NCBI GenBank assembly: GCA_965213705.1
Contig: OZ243913.1
Span: 3,840,001 to 3,904,000 of the forward strand
DNA length: 64,000 nt
DNA from: Trueperaceae bacterium
GTDB lineage: Bacteria > Deinococcota > Deinococci > Deinococcales > Trueperaceae
Direction of reading: 5' to 3'
The notes beneath the pieces are model-generated. The model made no database searches. It was not told the origin of the DNA and worked only from the letters and a program-made list of their open reading frames with translations. Of this stretch, positions 41,569-52,069 are shown piece after piece. The position numbers were made by a program, and so were the translations under genes. Within the stretch, counting starts at the first letter, position 1. Every line of letters starts with the position of its first letter.

Positions 41569-41585
41569 GGGGGGCTCCTTAAAGT

Positions 41586-41623
41586 AAGTACCGAGGACCG
41601 AGTGGAAAGTACCGAGTGAAAAG
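41586..41623 (+). repeat. Heptamer tandem repeat, 32 bp identical to the copy at 42724
   Basis: AAG TACCGAG GACCGAG TGGAAAG TACCGAG T. Confidence 0.8.
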
Positions 41624-41705
41624 GAAAGTCAGAAGTTTTTTCTTCCTTGCTCCTTCTCTTACTTGCTGTCTCCTTTGCCGAAACAAAGTGCCTGTGCTGA
41701 GGGTT

Positions 41706-42668
41706 TCAGACGGCCTCTTCGGAGTCAGTGTACACGTCTTCGTAGGTGTCGGCCTCCGACTTTTGGGGGGCGGCGACGCGGAGCGCGTTGTAGATGTCCG
41801 TGTCGGCGGGCTCGAGCCCGTGGAGCAGCGCCAAGTACGCCGCGACCCACTGGCCTGCGTACCACAGCACCAGGGCCTGCGTGCCCGCGTCTTTCGGCGC
41901 GGTGCCCACGCCGCCGAAGGGCAGCGCGAGGCGTTCGATTTGCGCGACGCGCGTCCCCAACAGTTCGACGGCGAGCGCGGTTTCCTCGTCTTCATCACCC
42001 AGTACCAGCCCGACCACGTCGTCACCTAGCGAATGACGGCTTTCAAAAGCCCCGGCGAGGGTCTCGAGCGGGTGCTCGCCGACGGTGATAGCGAGGGACT
42101 TGCCCGTGCGTGCAAAGACCCGCTGAAGTAAGTCGGTCAGTCCCGCTTGAGGCTTGCTCGCCACCAGCAACGGCACCCGGTTCCACAAGCTCCAAGCGAG
42201 GGTTTTGGCCGGGTTGCGGGCCGTTTCGACCTCGGGGCGCATGACGGCGGCAAGCTCGAGCATCGTTCGGTTCGCCGCGGCGAGGTCGTCGCCGTGTCCG
42301 GTCGCGTAGGCCAAGTAACTCGCGTAGGTGTAAAAGCTGAGGCTGTCGGGGCCGACGAACAAGCTCGGTTCGTGAAGGCCGTGCCCCAAAGTCACCACTT
42401 CCGCCCCGGCAAGTTCGGTACTTACCTTGAGCGGTGCGGCGTCGCCGTAGTCGAAACCGCCGCTTAAAATGAACTGCGTGCCGGAGAGCACCAGCGGCGC
42501 GTCTACCCAACTGCGAAACACGCCCGGCAAGCTCGAGGCCTCCCCGAAGGCCATCAGGCCATACGGTTCATCGCGCAGCCCGTCCGGCCCGTCGTAAGAG
42601 CCGGGCAGCGCGGCGAGGGCGGTCAGAAATTCGTGGTTTACGGATAAGGTGTCTGTCGTGTCCATCAT
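41706..42668 (-). CDS. SIS-domain / phosphoglucose-phosphomannose isomerase C-terminal-like protein
   Basis: NPAKTLAWSL motif, YLALLHGLEP end typical of PGI/PMI C-terminal domain. Confidence 0.7.
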   Translation of the reverse strand: MMDTTDTLSVNHEFLTALAALPGSYDGPDGLRDEPYGLMAFGEASSLPGVFRSWVDAPLVLSGTQFILSGGFDYGDAAPLKVSTELAGAEVVTLGHGLHEPSLFVGPDSLSFYTYASYLAYATGHGDDLAAANRTMLELAAVMRPEVETARNPAKTLAWSLWNRVPLLVASKPQAGLTDLLQRVFARTGKSLAITVGEHPLETLAGAFESRHSLGDDVVGLVLGDEDEETALAVELLGTRVAQIERLALPFGGVGTAPKDAGTQALVLWYAGQWVAAYLALLHGLEPADTDIYNALRVAAPQKSEADTYEDVYTDSEEAV

Positions 42669-42723
42669 GGCTCAAGTTTAGCCCGCGTGATACGGGATAA
42701 CTTTTGATTGGAGTACAGGAAAA

Positions 42724-42755
42724 AAGTACCGAGGACCGAGTGGAAAGTACCGAGT
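42724..42755 (+). repeat. Heptamer tandem repeat
   Basis: AAG TACCGAG GACCGAG TGGAAAG TACCGAG T. Confidence 0.8.
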
Positions 42756-42771
42756 AAAGACCGGGGGGTTC

Positions 42772-44022
42772 TCAGGCCTTTGCCAGCCGAAAGCCGATGT
42801 CGTGGCGGTAGTGCGCGCCTACGAAGTCGATTTTTTCAACCGTTTCGTAAGCCGCTTCGACGGCCTCGAGCAGTGTGTCGGCCACAGCCGTAACACCGAG
42901 GACGCGGCCGCCGCTCGAGACAAGCGCTCCGTCTTTCAGGGCCGTGCCCGCGTGGAGAATGTTCACGCCGTCTAGCAAATGCGCGGGTAGAACGATGGGG
43001 ATGTTTTTTTCGTAGTCCCCCGGATAACCCGGAGCCGCCAGCACGACGCAAGCCGCCGACTTTTCGGACCATTCAAGCTCGAGCCCGTCCAGCCGCTCCT
43101 CGACCACCGCCAGCAGCACGTCCACAAGGTCGGTCTCCAGCAACGGCAACACCACCTGCGTCTCCGGGTCGCCGAAGCGGGCGTTGTATTCCAGCACTTT
43201 GACGTCGTCGCCCTCAACCATCAACCCGATGTAAAGCACGCCCTTGTAGACGATGTTTTCGGCCCTCAAACCGGCAAGCGTCCGTTCGACGATGTTTTTT
43301 GTAACGTGCTCGAGCTGCGCGCTACTCAGCAAAGCGACCGGGGCGACCGTGCCCATGCCACCGGTCATCGGGCCGGCGTCGCCGTCGAAAGCTTGTTTGT
43401 AGTCCTGCGCGAGCGGCATCATTCGGTAGGTCTCGCCGTCGGTGAACATCAGCAGACTCACCTCTTGGCCGTTCAAGAAGTCCTCGAGGACGATTTCGCC
43501 GCCCTCGGGGGCTTCCAGGATATTTTCTATGGCGGCTCGGGCCGCCTCTTTCGTCTCCGCAATCGTTACACCCTTGCCCGCCGCTAAGTTCGAGTCTTTG
43601 ACGACGATGGGAAGCGTCGCGTTCGCGAGGTACGCCAGAGCTTGCACTACATCTGTAAAGCTCGCGTGTTCAGCGGTAGAAATCTCGTGCCGTTTCATAA
43701 ACGCTTTGGAAAAACTTTTTGAGCCCTCGAGCTGCGCCGCCATCCGGTTCGGCCCGAACGCGCGCAGGCCCGCCGCCGCGAACGCGTCCACCACGCCTGC
43801 CACGAGCGCCTTTTCCGGCCCGACGACGGTGAGGTCGACGGCGTGTGCCTGGGCAAGCTCGAGCAGTGAAGCGTTTGACAAGTCGGTGTCCAAACAGGTT
43901 GCAACTTCAGCAATCCCGGCGTTGCCCGGCGCGCAGTAAACCTCGGTCACCTGCGGCGAGCGCGCCAGCGCCTTGACGAGCGCGTGCTCGCGGCCGCCCC
44001 CGCCGACGACGAGGATGTTCAC
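42772..44022 (-). CDS. purD: Phosphoribosylamine--glycine ligase
   Basis: [30 protein letters not shown]. Confidence 0.97.
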   Translation of the reverse strand: MNILVVGGGGREHALVKALARSPQVTEVYCAPGNAGIAEVATCLDTDLSNASLLELAQAHAVDLTVVGPEKALVAGVVDAFAAAGLRAFGPNRMAAQLEGSKSFSKAFMKRHEISTAEHASFTDVVQALAYLANATLPIVVKDSNLAAGKGVTIAETKEAARAAIENILEAPEGGEIVLEDFLNGQEVSLLMFTDGETYRMMPLAQDYKQAFDGDAGPMTGGMGTVAPVALLSSAQLEHVTKNIVERTLAGLRAENIVYKGVLYIGLMVEGDDVKVLEYNARFGDPETQVVLPLLETDLVDVLLAVVEERLDGLELEWSEKSAACVVLAAPGYPGDYEKNIPIVLPAHLLDGVNILHAGTALKDGALVSSGGRVLGVTAVADTLLEAVEAAYETVEKIDFVGAHYRHDIGFRLAKA

Positions 44023-44648
44023 GCTGCCACCTCTCTATAAACAATTTCTCCTGTTAAAACTCGCCTCGCAGCCTCGGGGTAGGCGCGGTGTTCCTCGGTC
44101 AGAATGCGCGCTGACAAGGTCTCTTCGGTGTCGCCTGGCAAAACGGGCACGCGCCGCTGCAAAATGACCGGGCCGCTGTCCACGCCCGCGTCGACGAAAT
44201 GCACCGTGCAGCCCGACTCGCTCACGCCCGCACACAACGCCTGCCGCTGCGGGTGCAAACCCGGAAACGCGGGCAGCAGCGACGGGTGGATATTGAGAAT
44301 GTGCCCACGCCAGCGCGCGTTGAAGTCACTCGAGAGCAAACGCATAAAACCAGCCAAACAGACGAGGTCGATGTGTTGGTGCTCGAGCCTCTTCCCCACC
44401 GCCGCCTCGAATAGCGCGCGGCCCCGGCTATCGGCGTCGTGTTTTCTGGCCGGAAAAGGATGGTGAAAGGTGGCGACGCCGCAGGCTGAGGCTTTCTCTA
44501 AAGCCAGCGCATGAACGACATCACTCACGACCAGCGCGACCTCGGCAAGTTCGTCACCCGCCGGAAACGCCCGCAACAGCGCGTCCAGGTTCGAGCCACG
44601 GCCCGAGGCGAAAACGGCCAGTCGGGCGGGGCGGTTTAAAGGGAACAC
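44019..44648 (-). CDS. purN: Phosphoribosylglycinamide formyltransferase
   Basis: [31 protein letters not shown]. Confidence 0.97.
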   Translation of the reverse strand: MFPLNRPARLAVFASGRGSNLDALLRAFPAGDELAEVALVVSDVVHALALEKASACGVATFHHPFPARKHDADSRGRALFEAAVGKRLEHQHIDLVCLAGFMRLLSSDFNARWRGHILNIHPSLLPAFPGLHPQRQALCAGVSESGCTVHFVDAGVDSGPVILQRRVPVLPGDTEETLSARILTEEHRAYPEAARRVLTGEIVYREVAA

Positions 44649-44786
44649 AGTAGGAGTTTAACGCGATTTCTCAAGTGTGGAGCGGAGCCGGGGCGGCTCG
44701 CCCCTCGCCTGTTCTCGCCAACTCATACCGAATCAGCCTGTACACTTTCGCAAGCTGGCCGCCTTGACTTTTGCTCGCTCCGCGCA

Positions 44787-44814
44787 GGTTAAACCGTTAG
44801 GTGACGGTTTAACC
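44787..44814 (-). terminator. Hairpin ending the lipoprotein cluster
   Basis: GGTTAAACCGT-N6-ACGGTTTAACC. Confidence 0.55.
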
Positions 44815-44822
44815 AAGCGGTA

Positions 44823-45363
44823 TCAGAACAACTTGTTTACACTAAAAAAGTAGCGTTCACCGACCGAACTCTGGAGCAGTTCACCCCTGAAAAAATCTGT
44901 GTCCAGCCAAGCGTCTCCGAACTTGCCTCCCGCTTCAAGTAACCACCCTACTTCACCCCGGTGTTCGGCGGCCGCCAACAGTCCCTGCGCGGGCGGGGCT
45001 TGCCTTTGGGGCTCTACCTCGGCCTGGGGCCGGTAGTTGTAGGTGCAGCTCCCCGTCACCTGCCCCTGCAAGCTCAGCGGCGTCTCTTCCGCCAGCTGAT
45101 AAGGTGCCCGAGACGCTGTACTCGTTTTTGTCAATGTAGCTCGACTCGAGTTCAAAACGCAGCGGCGTTCTCTCCTCTTTAGCGGGATAGTCGTCCACCC
45201 AACCTTCGAACGTGCCGCTGAGCGCGACCTTGCTAAAAGGTACCCCTTGTGGATGGCAGTCGTCGAGCAAGCGGCCGATAACCAGTGCTCCGAAGAGGCC
45301 GCAAGACGAGAGGACGAAAGGGAAAAGCAAACAGGCGGTCACGATACGAATCCGTGTAAGCAT
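44823..45363 (-). pseudogene. Frameshifted lipoprotein
   Basis: Lipobox LSSC in 44953-45363 frame; beta-rich sequence continues in the 44823-45155 frame after ~45100. Confidence 0.6.
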
Positions 45364-45411
45364 CAGGGTCTCCTTACGGGGGGCCGCGCGGCCCCTTTTT
45401 CAAACTGGTTT

Positions 45412-46652
45412 TCAGTTGCACTGCCCAGACGCGTTGGGGTCGGACCTGAAAATGGGCGTCATAGCGGAGCAGCCGGGGCCGGAAGCTTTCACGTCACCGC
45501 CGCCGTCAAACAAAAGTCCGTACTGCGCCCCCGAGTGTGCGAGCCCGTCGCCTAAAAACACGGTCGCGGCGGGCGGCTGGTTGCCGAAAAACGTCATCAA
45601 GGTGATGCTCGCCGTTTTGTCCGAGTTGTTCGAGCTTGCCATCGTGCTGCTGCCGGTACCCAAGAATGACGTGTGCGTGAACGAGGCCGCGCCGTCGTAG
45701 ACCAACACGCCTTGCCACGCCGTGCCCGCTTCGTTCTTCAGAGCGACGGGTTTTTCTTCGGTGCCTGCGGTCGTCAAGGCGCCACCCTCAAGAACGGACA
45801 GGCCGACGTCGTTTTGGAATTCGACCTGTACCCCCGCCTCGAGCGTCAGCTTGTTCTCGTTTTCGACGGTCAAGTCGGGTCGGCTCGACGTCTCCAAGAC
45901 GAGCCAAGGCGTACCGCCAAGGGCCTGCCAGCTCACATCCCCGACGACCTGACTGTACCGGGGGTTTATATAAACCCTGTCGTCGCCGTTGCCCGTGTAG
46001 CTGTTAGTGGCGAGCAGGTAGTGGGCCGCTTGTGTGTCGGTGTAGACCGGGGCGAGGGCGTTCGCGCTCAAGGTGTTGCCGCTAAAGTTGGGGAGGGTCG
46101 CATTATAGTAAACGAACAAACCGTAGCCCGCGCTCTCCCGCAGCGTGCTGTTGCGCATCGTAAGCGTGTTGTCGCCCTCAACAGCGAGGTTTGCGGGCGC
46201 GGTGTAGTTGGACGAGGTCAGGTCGCGACTTCCGCCGTACTCAACGGTCACGTGTTCCAGCGCGGCGGTCGCGGTGCCGCCCAGCGAAAGGCCCGCCCAG
46301 TACCCTCTGGACGCATTCGTGCCGGTCAGGATAATGGGCTTCTCGGCGGTGCCCACGGCGACTAGCTTGCCCGACTCGCGTACAAGGAGCGCGCGCCCCT
46401 CCTCGAACGCCACCACGACGCCCGGCTCTATTGTCAGGGTTCCGGCCCGCACCTCGATGTTGTAGGTAAACGCGAACACGTCTTTAGCAACGTAAAGGTT
46501 TCGCCCACCGCCAAGGTGCTCTGCGCGGGCGGCGCGATGGTGACCGAGCGCACGCCGCCCTCTTCCAGGCCCCCACAGGAGGCGGCGGTCAGGAGCAAGA
46601 CGAGAAAGTTGAGGGTAACGAAGCTGATGAGCTTTGTTGCTTTTGAAAACAT
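45412..46652 (-). pseudogene. Disrupted lipoprotein with right-handed beta-helix domain
   Basis: Signal/lipobox AASC in 46434-46652 is out of frame with the beta-helix ORF 45412-46479 (LTIEPGVVV, GTAEKPIILTG, WAGL). Confidence 0.65.
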
Positions 46653-46700
46653 GGCGGTTCCTTTCGGGGTGAGGCGGGAAGGTTCCCGCCTCTGAGGGAT

Positions 46701-49172
46701 TTAGAACTCGGCGCAGACGCCGTCTTGAATATTGAGAAAAGCCAAAACTTCTCCGGTTTGGGCGTTTTTATAGCGGTAGCCCGGACCGCAGACGCGGCCT
46801 TCGCCGCTCGGTTTAGTCTCCGAACCGGTTGTGGTAACGAAGGTGTTGCCGTGCAAGTAGAGAACAGGAGAGCCGGGGCCTCCAGAACGGACGTCCCTGA
46901 TAGCCCAGTCGGTCCCGCTCGCGTTGCGAAAGGTGTTACCGCCGGGCTCCGACACCGTTCCCAAATCCAGACCTGTCGGGGTGCCAGAGAGATAGAGGTT
47001 GTTCCCCCCGCTGTTTTCCAATATCACATCTCTAAGCCTGAGCGACTTACCCGCAAACCAGACGCCGCTGGCGTCGTTGGCGGAACTGTTCATCCCGTCC
47101 GAAGCGATAAGCGTGGTGCCACCCTGAACGTTAATACCTACTGCGCTCTGGGTGTAACTACCTCCCTCGAGGATGACCGTTTTCGAAGTTTCTGCGTACA
47201 GCGCGTGACTCGTCGCTTTACTCGACGTTACCCTGCGAAGAAGCGCATCGGCGTCACCCAGCACAACGACACCGTTTGAGTTCGAGCCGAAGGTACTGTC
47301 TTCAGCAGTCGCGCGAAGATTGCCGCTCAGATACAAACCAGCGTTGTCCAGGGTACTTCCAGAAGAACGACGTCCTGCATCTTCCGACGTAACGCCTCGC
47401 ATTGTCAGAACGCCCGAAACAACCTTGATGTTGCTAAGGCCGCTACTTTCTACAACGACATTTTTCAGTTCGCTACCGGGGCGCACGCTCTTCATGTCGA
47501 AGCCGTGGGTAGCGCTGTAGGTAACGCTCGAGTCCTGCACCTCGAACAAGCTGCGGTAGGTTTTTATGCCGGTGCCGTTGTTGCTAAAGGTGCTCCCGGA
47601 AACAAAAGCCGACCTGGGGTCTTGGACGATGGACAGGTTCAGCCCCGTCACGTTGTCGTTTATGACCGATTTCACCAAGTTGAGTTTGGCACCAAGTATA
47701 GAAACGCCGTACTCGAAGCCGCTGATGTCGCAGCCCGTTAGGTTGACGTCACCGCCGACCTGCTCACCAAAGGCCACGTTCACACCGCGCCCCGCCCCCT
47801 TGCCGACGAAGACCGAGTCTTGCGCCGTCACGCGGCCACCCAAAGAGGCCACGCAAATGTCGCTCTTCGCGCAACTTACGTATCGCATGACGAGTTCGCT
47901 GTCAACATCGAGGTCGAGCACCGTCGCGCCGCCTGTAACGCTCAAGTCGAGCAGGGTCAGTTTGGCTCCGTCGAGTTTTAAGAAGGCTTGACCGTCAAGC
48001 TCGAGCACCGTATCCGTTTGCGACGCGCCGACAATTTGCAGGTCTTGTTCGAGCGTGTAGCCGAAGGGTTCGTCCCCACCCTGCGCGTAGGTTCCGGCCC
48101 CGAGCGAAACGCGCGTGACGCTGCCGCCCGCGGCCAGCTCGAGCGCCCGCTTGAGGGTGCGCAGCGGTCTGGCCTCGGCCCCAGTGTTGCCGTCGTCACC
48201 GTCGGGGCTGACAAACAGCGTGCCGGTGGGCTGGAGGCTCGTAACCTCGACGCTGACGCGGTCTTGCGAGCTTAAAGACCCGTCCGAGACGGTCAGTTCG
48301 GCGGTGTAGCCGCCCGGAGCGTCCGCCGTAAATGTGGGGCTCGCCGTGTCCGCGCCGGTCAGTGCGGGCGCGTCGGCGCTGTTCTGCTCGGGCCAGGTCA
48401 GCCACGTCCAGGTGTAGGTCAAGGTGTTGCCATCGAGGTCTGAAGAACCGCTTCCGTCCAAAGTCACGGTCGCACCCTCTTGCACGACTTGGCTCGAGCC
48501 CGCCTCGGCGACGGGGGGTCGGTTGGTCGCGTTCGGGGCTCGAGCCGTCACCGTGACGGTGTCGCTGGCGCTGTTTACGCCGTCCGAAACGGTAAGGTTC
48601 GCCGTGTAGACGCCTTCGAGGTCGGCGGTGAAGCTCGGCGTGACGCGCGAGGCGTCTGAAAGGGCCGCTGCGCTGCCCGAAGGTGCTTGAAGCGTCCAAG
48701 CATAGGTCAGGGTTTCTTTTTCGGGGTCCGAAGAGGCCGAAGCGTCGAGGGTGACGGTCGCGCCTGTTTCTACGGTTTGCTCTAAACCTGCGTCGGCGCG
48801 GGGGGCGCGGTTTTGCGGTCCGCTCACGTTGACCAAGAGGCTGTCGCTGGCGGACAGTTCTCCGTCGGAAACGGTCACCGTAATTTCAAAGGTACCGACC
48901 ATGTCCGGGGTGAAGGTCGCCCTCACCGTGTCGCCGCTCAGACTCACGCCGCTGCCGTCCGGCTTTTTGGCGAGTTTCCAGGCGTAGCTCAGGGCGTCGC
49001 CGTCGGGGTCGGAGGAAGCGCTGGCGTCGAGTTGGACGGTCGTGTTCAGAGCGACGCTTTGGTCCGCACCGGCGACGGCCTGCGGTGCGACGTTGGGGGA
49101 GGGCACGGCGGGGCAGGCGACGAGGAGGAAGAGGAGGGGGAGGATGAATCCTATAGCTTTCAGCTGTTTCAT
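46701..49172 (-). CDS. Lipoprotein with three PKD/Ig-like repeats and a beta-helix (pectin-lyase-like) domain
   Basis: Lipobox LVAC; N.AP.A.AG..Q.V...V.LD.S.SSDP repeats; LFVSPDGDDGNTG...PLRTL..AL motif. Confidence 0.85.
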   Translation of the reverse strand: MKQLKAIGFILPLLFLLVACPAVPSPNVAPQAVAGADQSVALNTTVQLDASASSDPDGDALSYAWKLAKKPDGSGVSLSGDTVRATFTPDMVGTFEITVTVSDGELSASDSLLVNVSGPQNRAPRADAGLEQTVETGATVTLDASASSDPEKETLTYAWTLQAPSGSAAALSDASRVTPSFTADLEGVYTANLTVSDGVNSASDTVTVTARAPNATNRPPVAEAGSSQVVQEGATVTLDGSGSSDLDGNTLTYTWTWLTWPEQNSADAPALTGADTASPTFTADAPGGYTAELTVSDGSLSSQDRVSVEVTSLQPTGTLFVSPDGDDGNTGAEARPLRTLKRALELAAGGSVTRVSLGAGTYAQGGDEPFGYTLEQDLQIVGASQTDTVLELDGQAFLKLDGAKLTLLDLSVTGGATVLDLDVDSELVMRYVSCAKSDICVASLGGRVTAQDSVFVGKGAGRGVNVAFGEQVGGDVNLTGCDISGFEYGVSILGAKLNLVKSVINDNVTGLNLSIVQDPRSAFVSGSTFSNNGTGIKTYRSLFEVQDSSVTYSATHGFDMKSVRPGSELKNVVVESSGLSNIKVVSGVLTMRGVTSEDAGRRSSGSTLDNAGLYLSGNLRATAEDSTFGSNSNGVVVLGDADALLRRVTSSKATSHALYAETSKTVILEGGSYTQSAVGINVQGGTTLIASDGMNSSANDASGVWFAGKSLRLRDVILENSGGNNLYLSGTPTGLDLGTVSEPGGNTFRNASGTDWAIRDVRSGGPGSPVLYLHGNTFVTTTGSETKPSGEGRVCGPGYRYKNAQTGEVLAFLNIQDGVCAEF

Positions 49173-49185
49173 GGTGCCCGCCCTC

Positions 49186-51564
49186 CTATCCATAGATAAT
49201 GGAGACAAAGAAAGAGACGATACTTTCTTTGCTGCGCCCTTGGTCGTCAGTGACTCGTACGCGAAGTTTGACTTCGTGGCCTTTTCCGTCGACAAAGGTT
49301 GCCGCAACAATGTCATCTGTGTCGAACACCGCGTCCAGCGTCCGGCCGCTGCCGAGGGGTTGCCAGGTGGACTTGCCCGCCAACTGGAAAGACCAGACAA
49401 TGTCGCTGTCCGCCACACTGCTTGAGTCAACAAAAGCGGCCATACTGAGTGTTTGCTCACCATCAGACCATATAAACTCTTGGTTAGACACAGGATCAGT
49501 GATGACGACGCCCGGCGGATAACCACCTGGGGCGGGCGCTGTGACGGTGACTGTCACCGTCTTGGTCGCAGTGATTGGCGCTGCGCCGCTGTCCGTGTAG
49601 CTAGCGGTAATCGCTTTTTGCCCCTGCGCAAGGATTTTTGACAGGATGCCTGCGCCTACGCCGCTTGTACCGTCCTCGACAGACCACTCGATAAGGCGAC
49701 TGTTCGCATTTTTTCCCGTAAAGTCTTTGCAGGTTGGGTCGCTGACGCTGGCGCGCAGCTCAAACGGCTGACCCTCGCCGACGCTCGTGGTGGGTACCTC
49801 TTCAAGGGTCAACTCCGGCGCACGGTTTGTAACGTTCACCGTCACCTTGTCTTCGGTCGTTTGCCCTCTATTGTCCGTCGCGCGTACCGTGAGCGTGCGG
49901 TTACCGGGGCAAAGCGCACGGTAGCCGCTAGCCCCGCCGTCTACAGGTATTGGGTTGATGAGGTCACCCAACCGCTGTCCAGCTTCGTCGAACCACGCGA
50001 CCTCGAGGGGAAGTCCTTCCGGGTCGAGCGCATCAATCGTAAAGTCGATAGCCTCGGCCTCAAGAAAGCTCGCTCCGTCTTTAGGCGAGGTGATGTCGAC
50101 GCTGGGCGGCAGGTTCTCGGCGCACTTGATAAGTTCGCGCTTTTCGGTGAACACCTTGTCGTACTCGGACAACTCACCGATAACCGGCAGTTGCACGCGG
50201 TAGCCGTAAGAGGCGTTGTAACCGCCGTAAACGCACCAGGTGGGGTCGCGCGGGAAGGCGGCGTCGCCCTCGACGAAGAGCCGCGCAGTGAGGGTGCCCG
50301 CTGCTGTCGGCGCGCTGTAAAGACCGACGGCTAAGCGCGCGCCCGTGTAGGCCCTGGCCGACGCGCTTCCTTCCAAACCCGGCCTGGGCACGTCGCTCGT
50401 GGCGCTCGGCGTCCAGATGTCTTGCCAACCCTTCGCTTTGGTGTAGCGCGCGCCCACGTCGAGCGAGGCGTTCTGGGTCGCGGTAGCCAACATCCTGCCG
50501 CCCACCTCGCCGTAAGCCCCAACAAAAATTTCTATGTCTACGTCGATGACGACCGGCACGGGACCGATAAAGAAGGTGTGAGTCGCCACGTCGATAACGG
50601 CGAGCGTGGTCTCGTCTTTGAAACTGTAGTCGCCCACGGCGCTCAGGGTGGTGTCGACCTGCTCCTCTAGCAGCACGCTCACCTCGAACACGTCTACAAA
50701 CGGCTCGGGCGGCAAAATGCCGTCCCAATCTATGTTCACCACGAGGTCCAGCGTCGCGTTGAAGCTGAAGGTGCCGCTCAGGGTGATGTCCAGCGGGTCG
50801 GCGTCCAGCAAGACTTCGTTGAAGTTGTAGGAAAAGTCGAAACCCGCCGCCTGCGTCGCCACCACGCCCGGCAGGGCGTTCTGCGGCGCTGCGCCGTCAG
50901 GCTTGAGCCGCGCGCTGAAGCTCCCTTGCGCTCGCGTCACGGCGTCGGTGAGTTGGGCTTGCTCGGCCTCGAGCACCACCCCGCCACCCTCGTTGCGCTT
51001 AGAAACGACCTTGCGCAGAAAGCCGCTCGGGGCCGCGCCCGCTATGGGTTCGCTCACCAGCACGTCGCCGGGCTCCAACTGGGCCAGCAGCGGCGTCTCG
51101 GCGCTGAAGCGCAGCGTGCCGTCGCTCTCAAAAGCGCTCAAGCTCCGTTTGGTCGCCTCGTCGGTGACGTGGGTGGTGTCGGGGATGACGGCGGCTGTCG
51201 GCGTGGCGCTCTGGGCAGCGGTCTGGGCCGACTCGTTGCCGGCCACGTCTTTCGCGGTCAGGGCGAAAAAGTAGGTGCGACCGTTTTGCAGCCCCGATAC
51301 TGTATAGCTCGTAGCATCTTTGTCGGTAGTGGCAATGGCCGTAAGGGCCGCCACAGCCTCGCCTTGATAGACGCTGTAACCTGCCAAGTCCTCTTCGGCG
51401 TTGGCGTCCCACGACAGCAGCACCTGGCCGTCCGCAGCGCGGGCGCTGAAGTTTTGGGGCGTTTCGGGCGCTTGCGTGTCGCCGGGCTGTCCACCCCCGT
51501 TGCAGGCGACGACGAACAAAAGTAAGGTCGAAGCGATGATGCTTTTTACAACACTCAATCTCAT
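49186..51564 (-). CDS. Lipoprotein with fibronectin type III and Ig-like domains
   Basis: Lipobox VVAC; Fn3 LSW...Y.V.GL.NG..Y.F...A.D.AGNES. Confidence 0.85.
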   Translation of the reverse strand: MRLSVVKSIIASTLLLFVVACNGGGQPGDTQAPETPQNFSARAADGQVLLSWDANAEEDLAGYSVYQGEAVAALTAIATTDKDATSYTVSGLQNGRTYFFALTAKDVAGNESAQTAAQSATPTAAVIPDTTHVTDEATKRSLSAFESDGTLRFSAETPLLAQLEPGDVLVSEPIAGAAPSGFLRKVVSKRNEGGGVVLEAEQAQLTDAVTRAQGSFSARLKPDGAAPQNALPGVVATQAAGFDFSYNFNEVLLDADPLDITLSGTFSFNATLDLVVNIDWDGILPPEPFVDVFEVSVLLEEQVDTTLSAVGDYSFKDETTLAVIDVATHTFFIGPVPVVIDVDIEIFVGAYGEVGGRMLATATQNASLDVGARYTKAKGWQDIWTPSATSDVPRPGLEGSASARAYTGARLAVGLYSAPTAAGTLTARLFVEGDAAFPRDPTWCVYGGYNASYGYRVQLPVIGELSEYDKVFTEKRELIKCAENLPPSVDITSPKDGASFLEAEAIDFTIDALDPEGLPLEVAWFDEAGQRLGDLINPIPVDGGASGYRALCPGNRTLTVRATDNRGQTTEDKVTVNVTNRAPELTLEEVPTTSVGEGQPFELRASVSDPTCKDFTGKNANSRLIEWSVEDGTSGVGAGILSKILAQGQKAITASYTDSGAAPITATKTVTVTVTAPAPGGYPPGVVITDPVSNQEFIWSDGEQTLSMAAFVDSSSVADSDIVWSFQLAGKSTWQPLGSGRTLDAVFDTDDIVAATFVDGKGHEVKLRVRVTDDQGRSKESIVSFFVSIIYG

Positions 51565-52069
51565 CGGGTAGCTCCTAAACTGTGGTTTGAAGTGAATCAA
51601 AGTCGGTTGTTAGTCGGGTGGATAGTCCTGTCGGCAAAACCGTCAGTGAACCGAAGCGCGGTGAAAAAGCGTTTGAGAATTGAAAGTCGAAATCGACCAG
51701 CGTGAAGCTGGCGCTCTACCGCAAAAAGTTACCTGGCGCTGAACGCTCGACCCTGCGCACGGAACGCCGTTGTGCCTAGCAGCAGGTTGTGCTCGGCTGT
51801 CGTCAAACTAACGAGATGCTGATTGGGTGACGTCTGAGCTGTGCGACCGGCTCATGACCGTCCGCCGTTTTTAGCTCACGACACACGTGTGCGGCCTGCC
51901 GTCTTCGTTACGGCCATCGGTACATCGACCCCTCCTCCCACAACCCCTCTTGCACACTTTTCTCATCGACCAGGTAGGCCCAAGTTACTTCGGGTAAGGA
52001 TTGACGTGCCATAGGGCATTCGCCCTATACTTGAAGGGGGGGCTGCTCATAGCGGAGGAGGGATGGGGC

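Noticed and set aside
13653..42755. Recurring ~30-bp sequences as a CRISPR array
   Set aside because: Copies are kilobases apart, internally heptameric, with no spacers or cas genes.
51600..51940. Short uORFs after GGAGGAGG upstream of the lipoprotein cluster
   Set aside because: Very short, with no recognisable attenuator or RNA motif.
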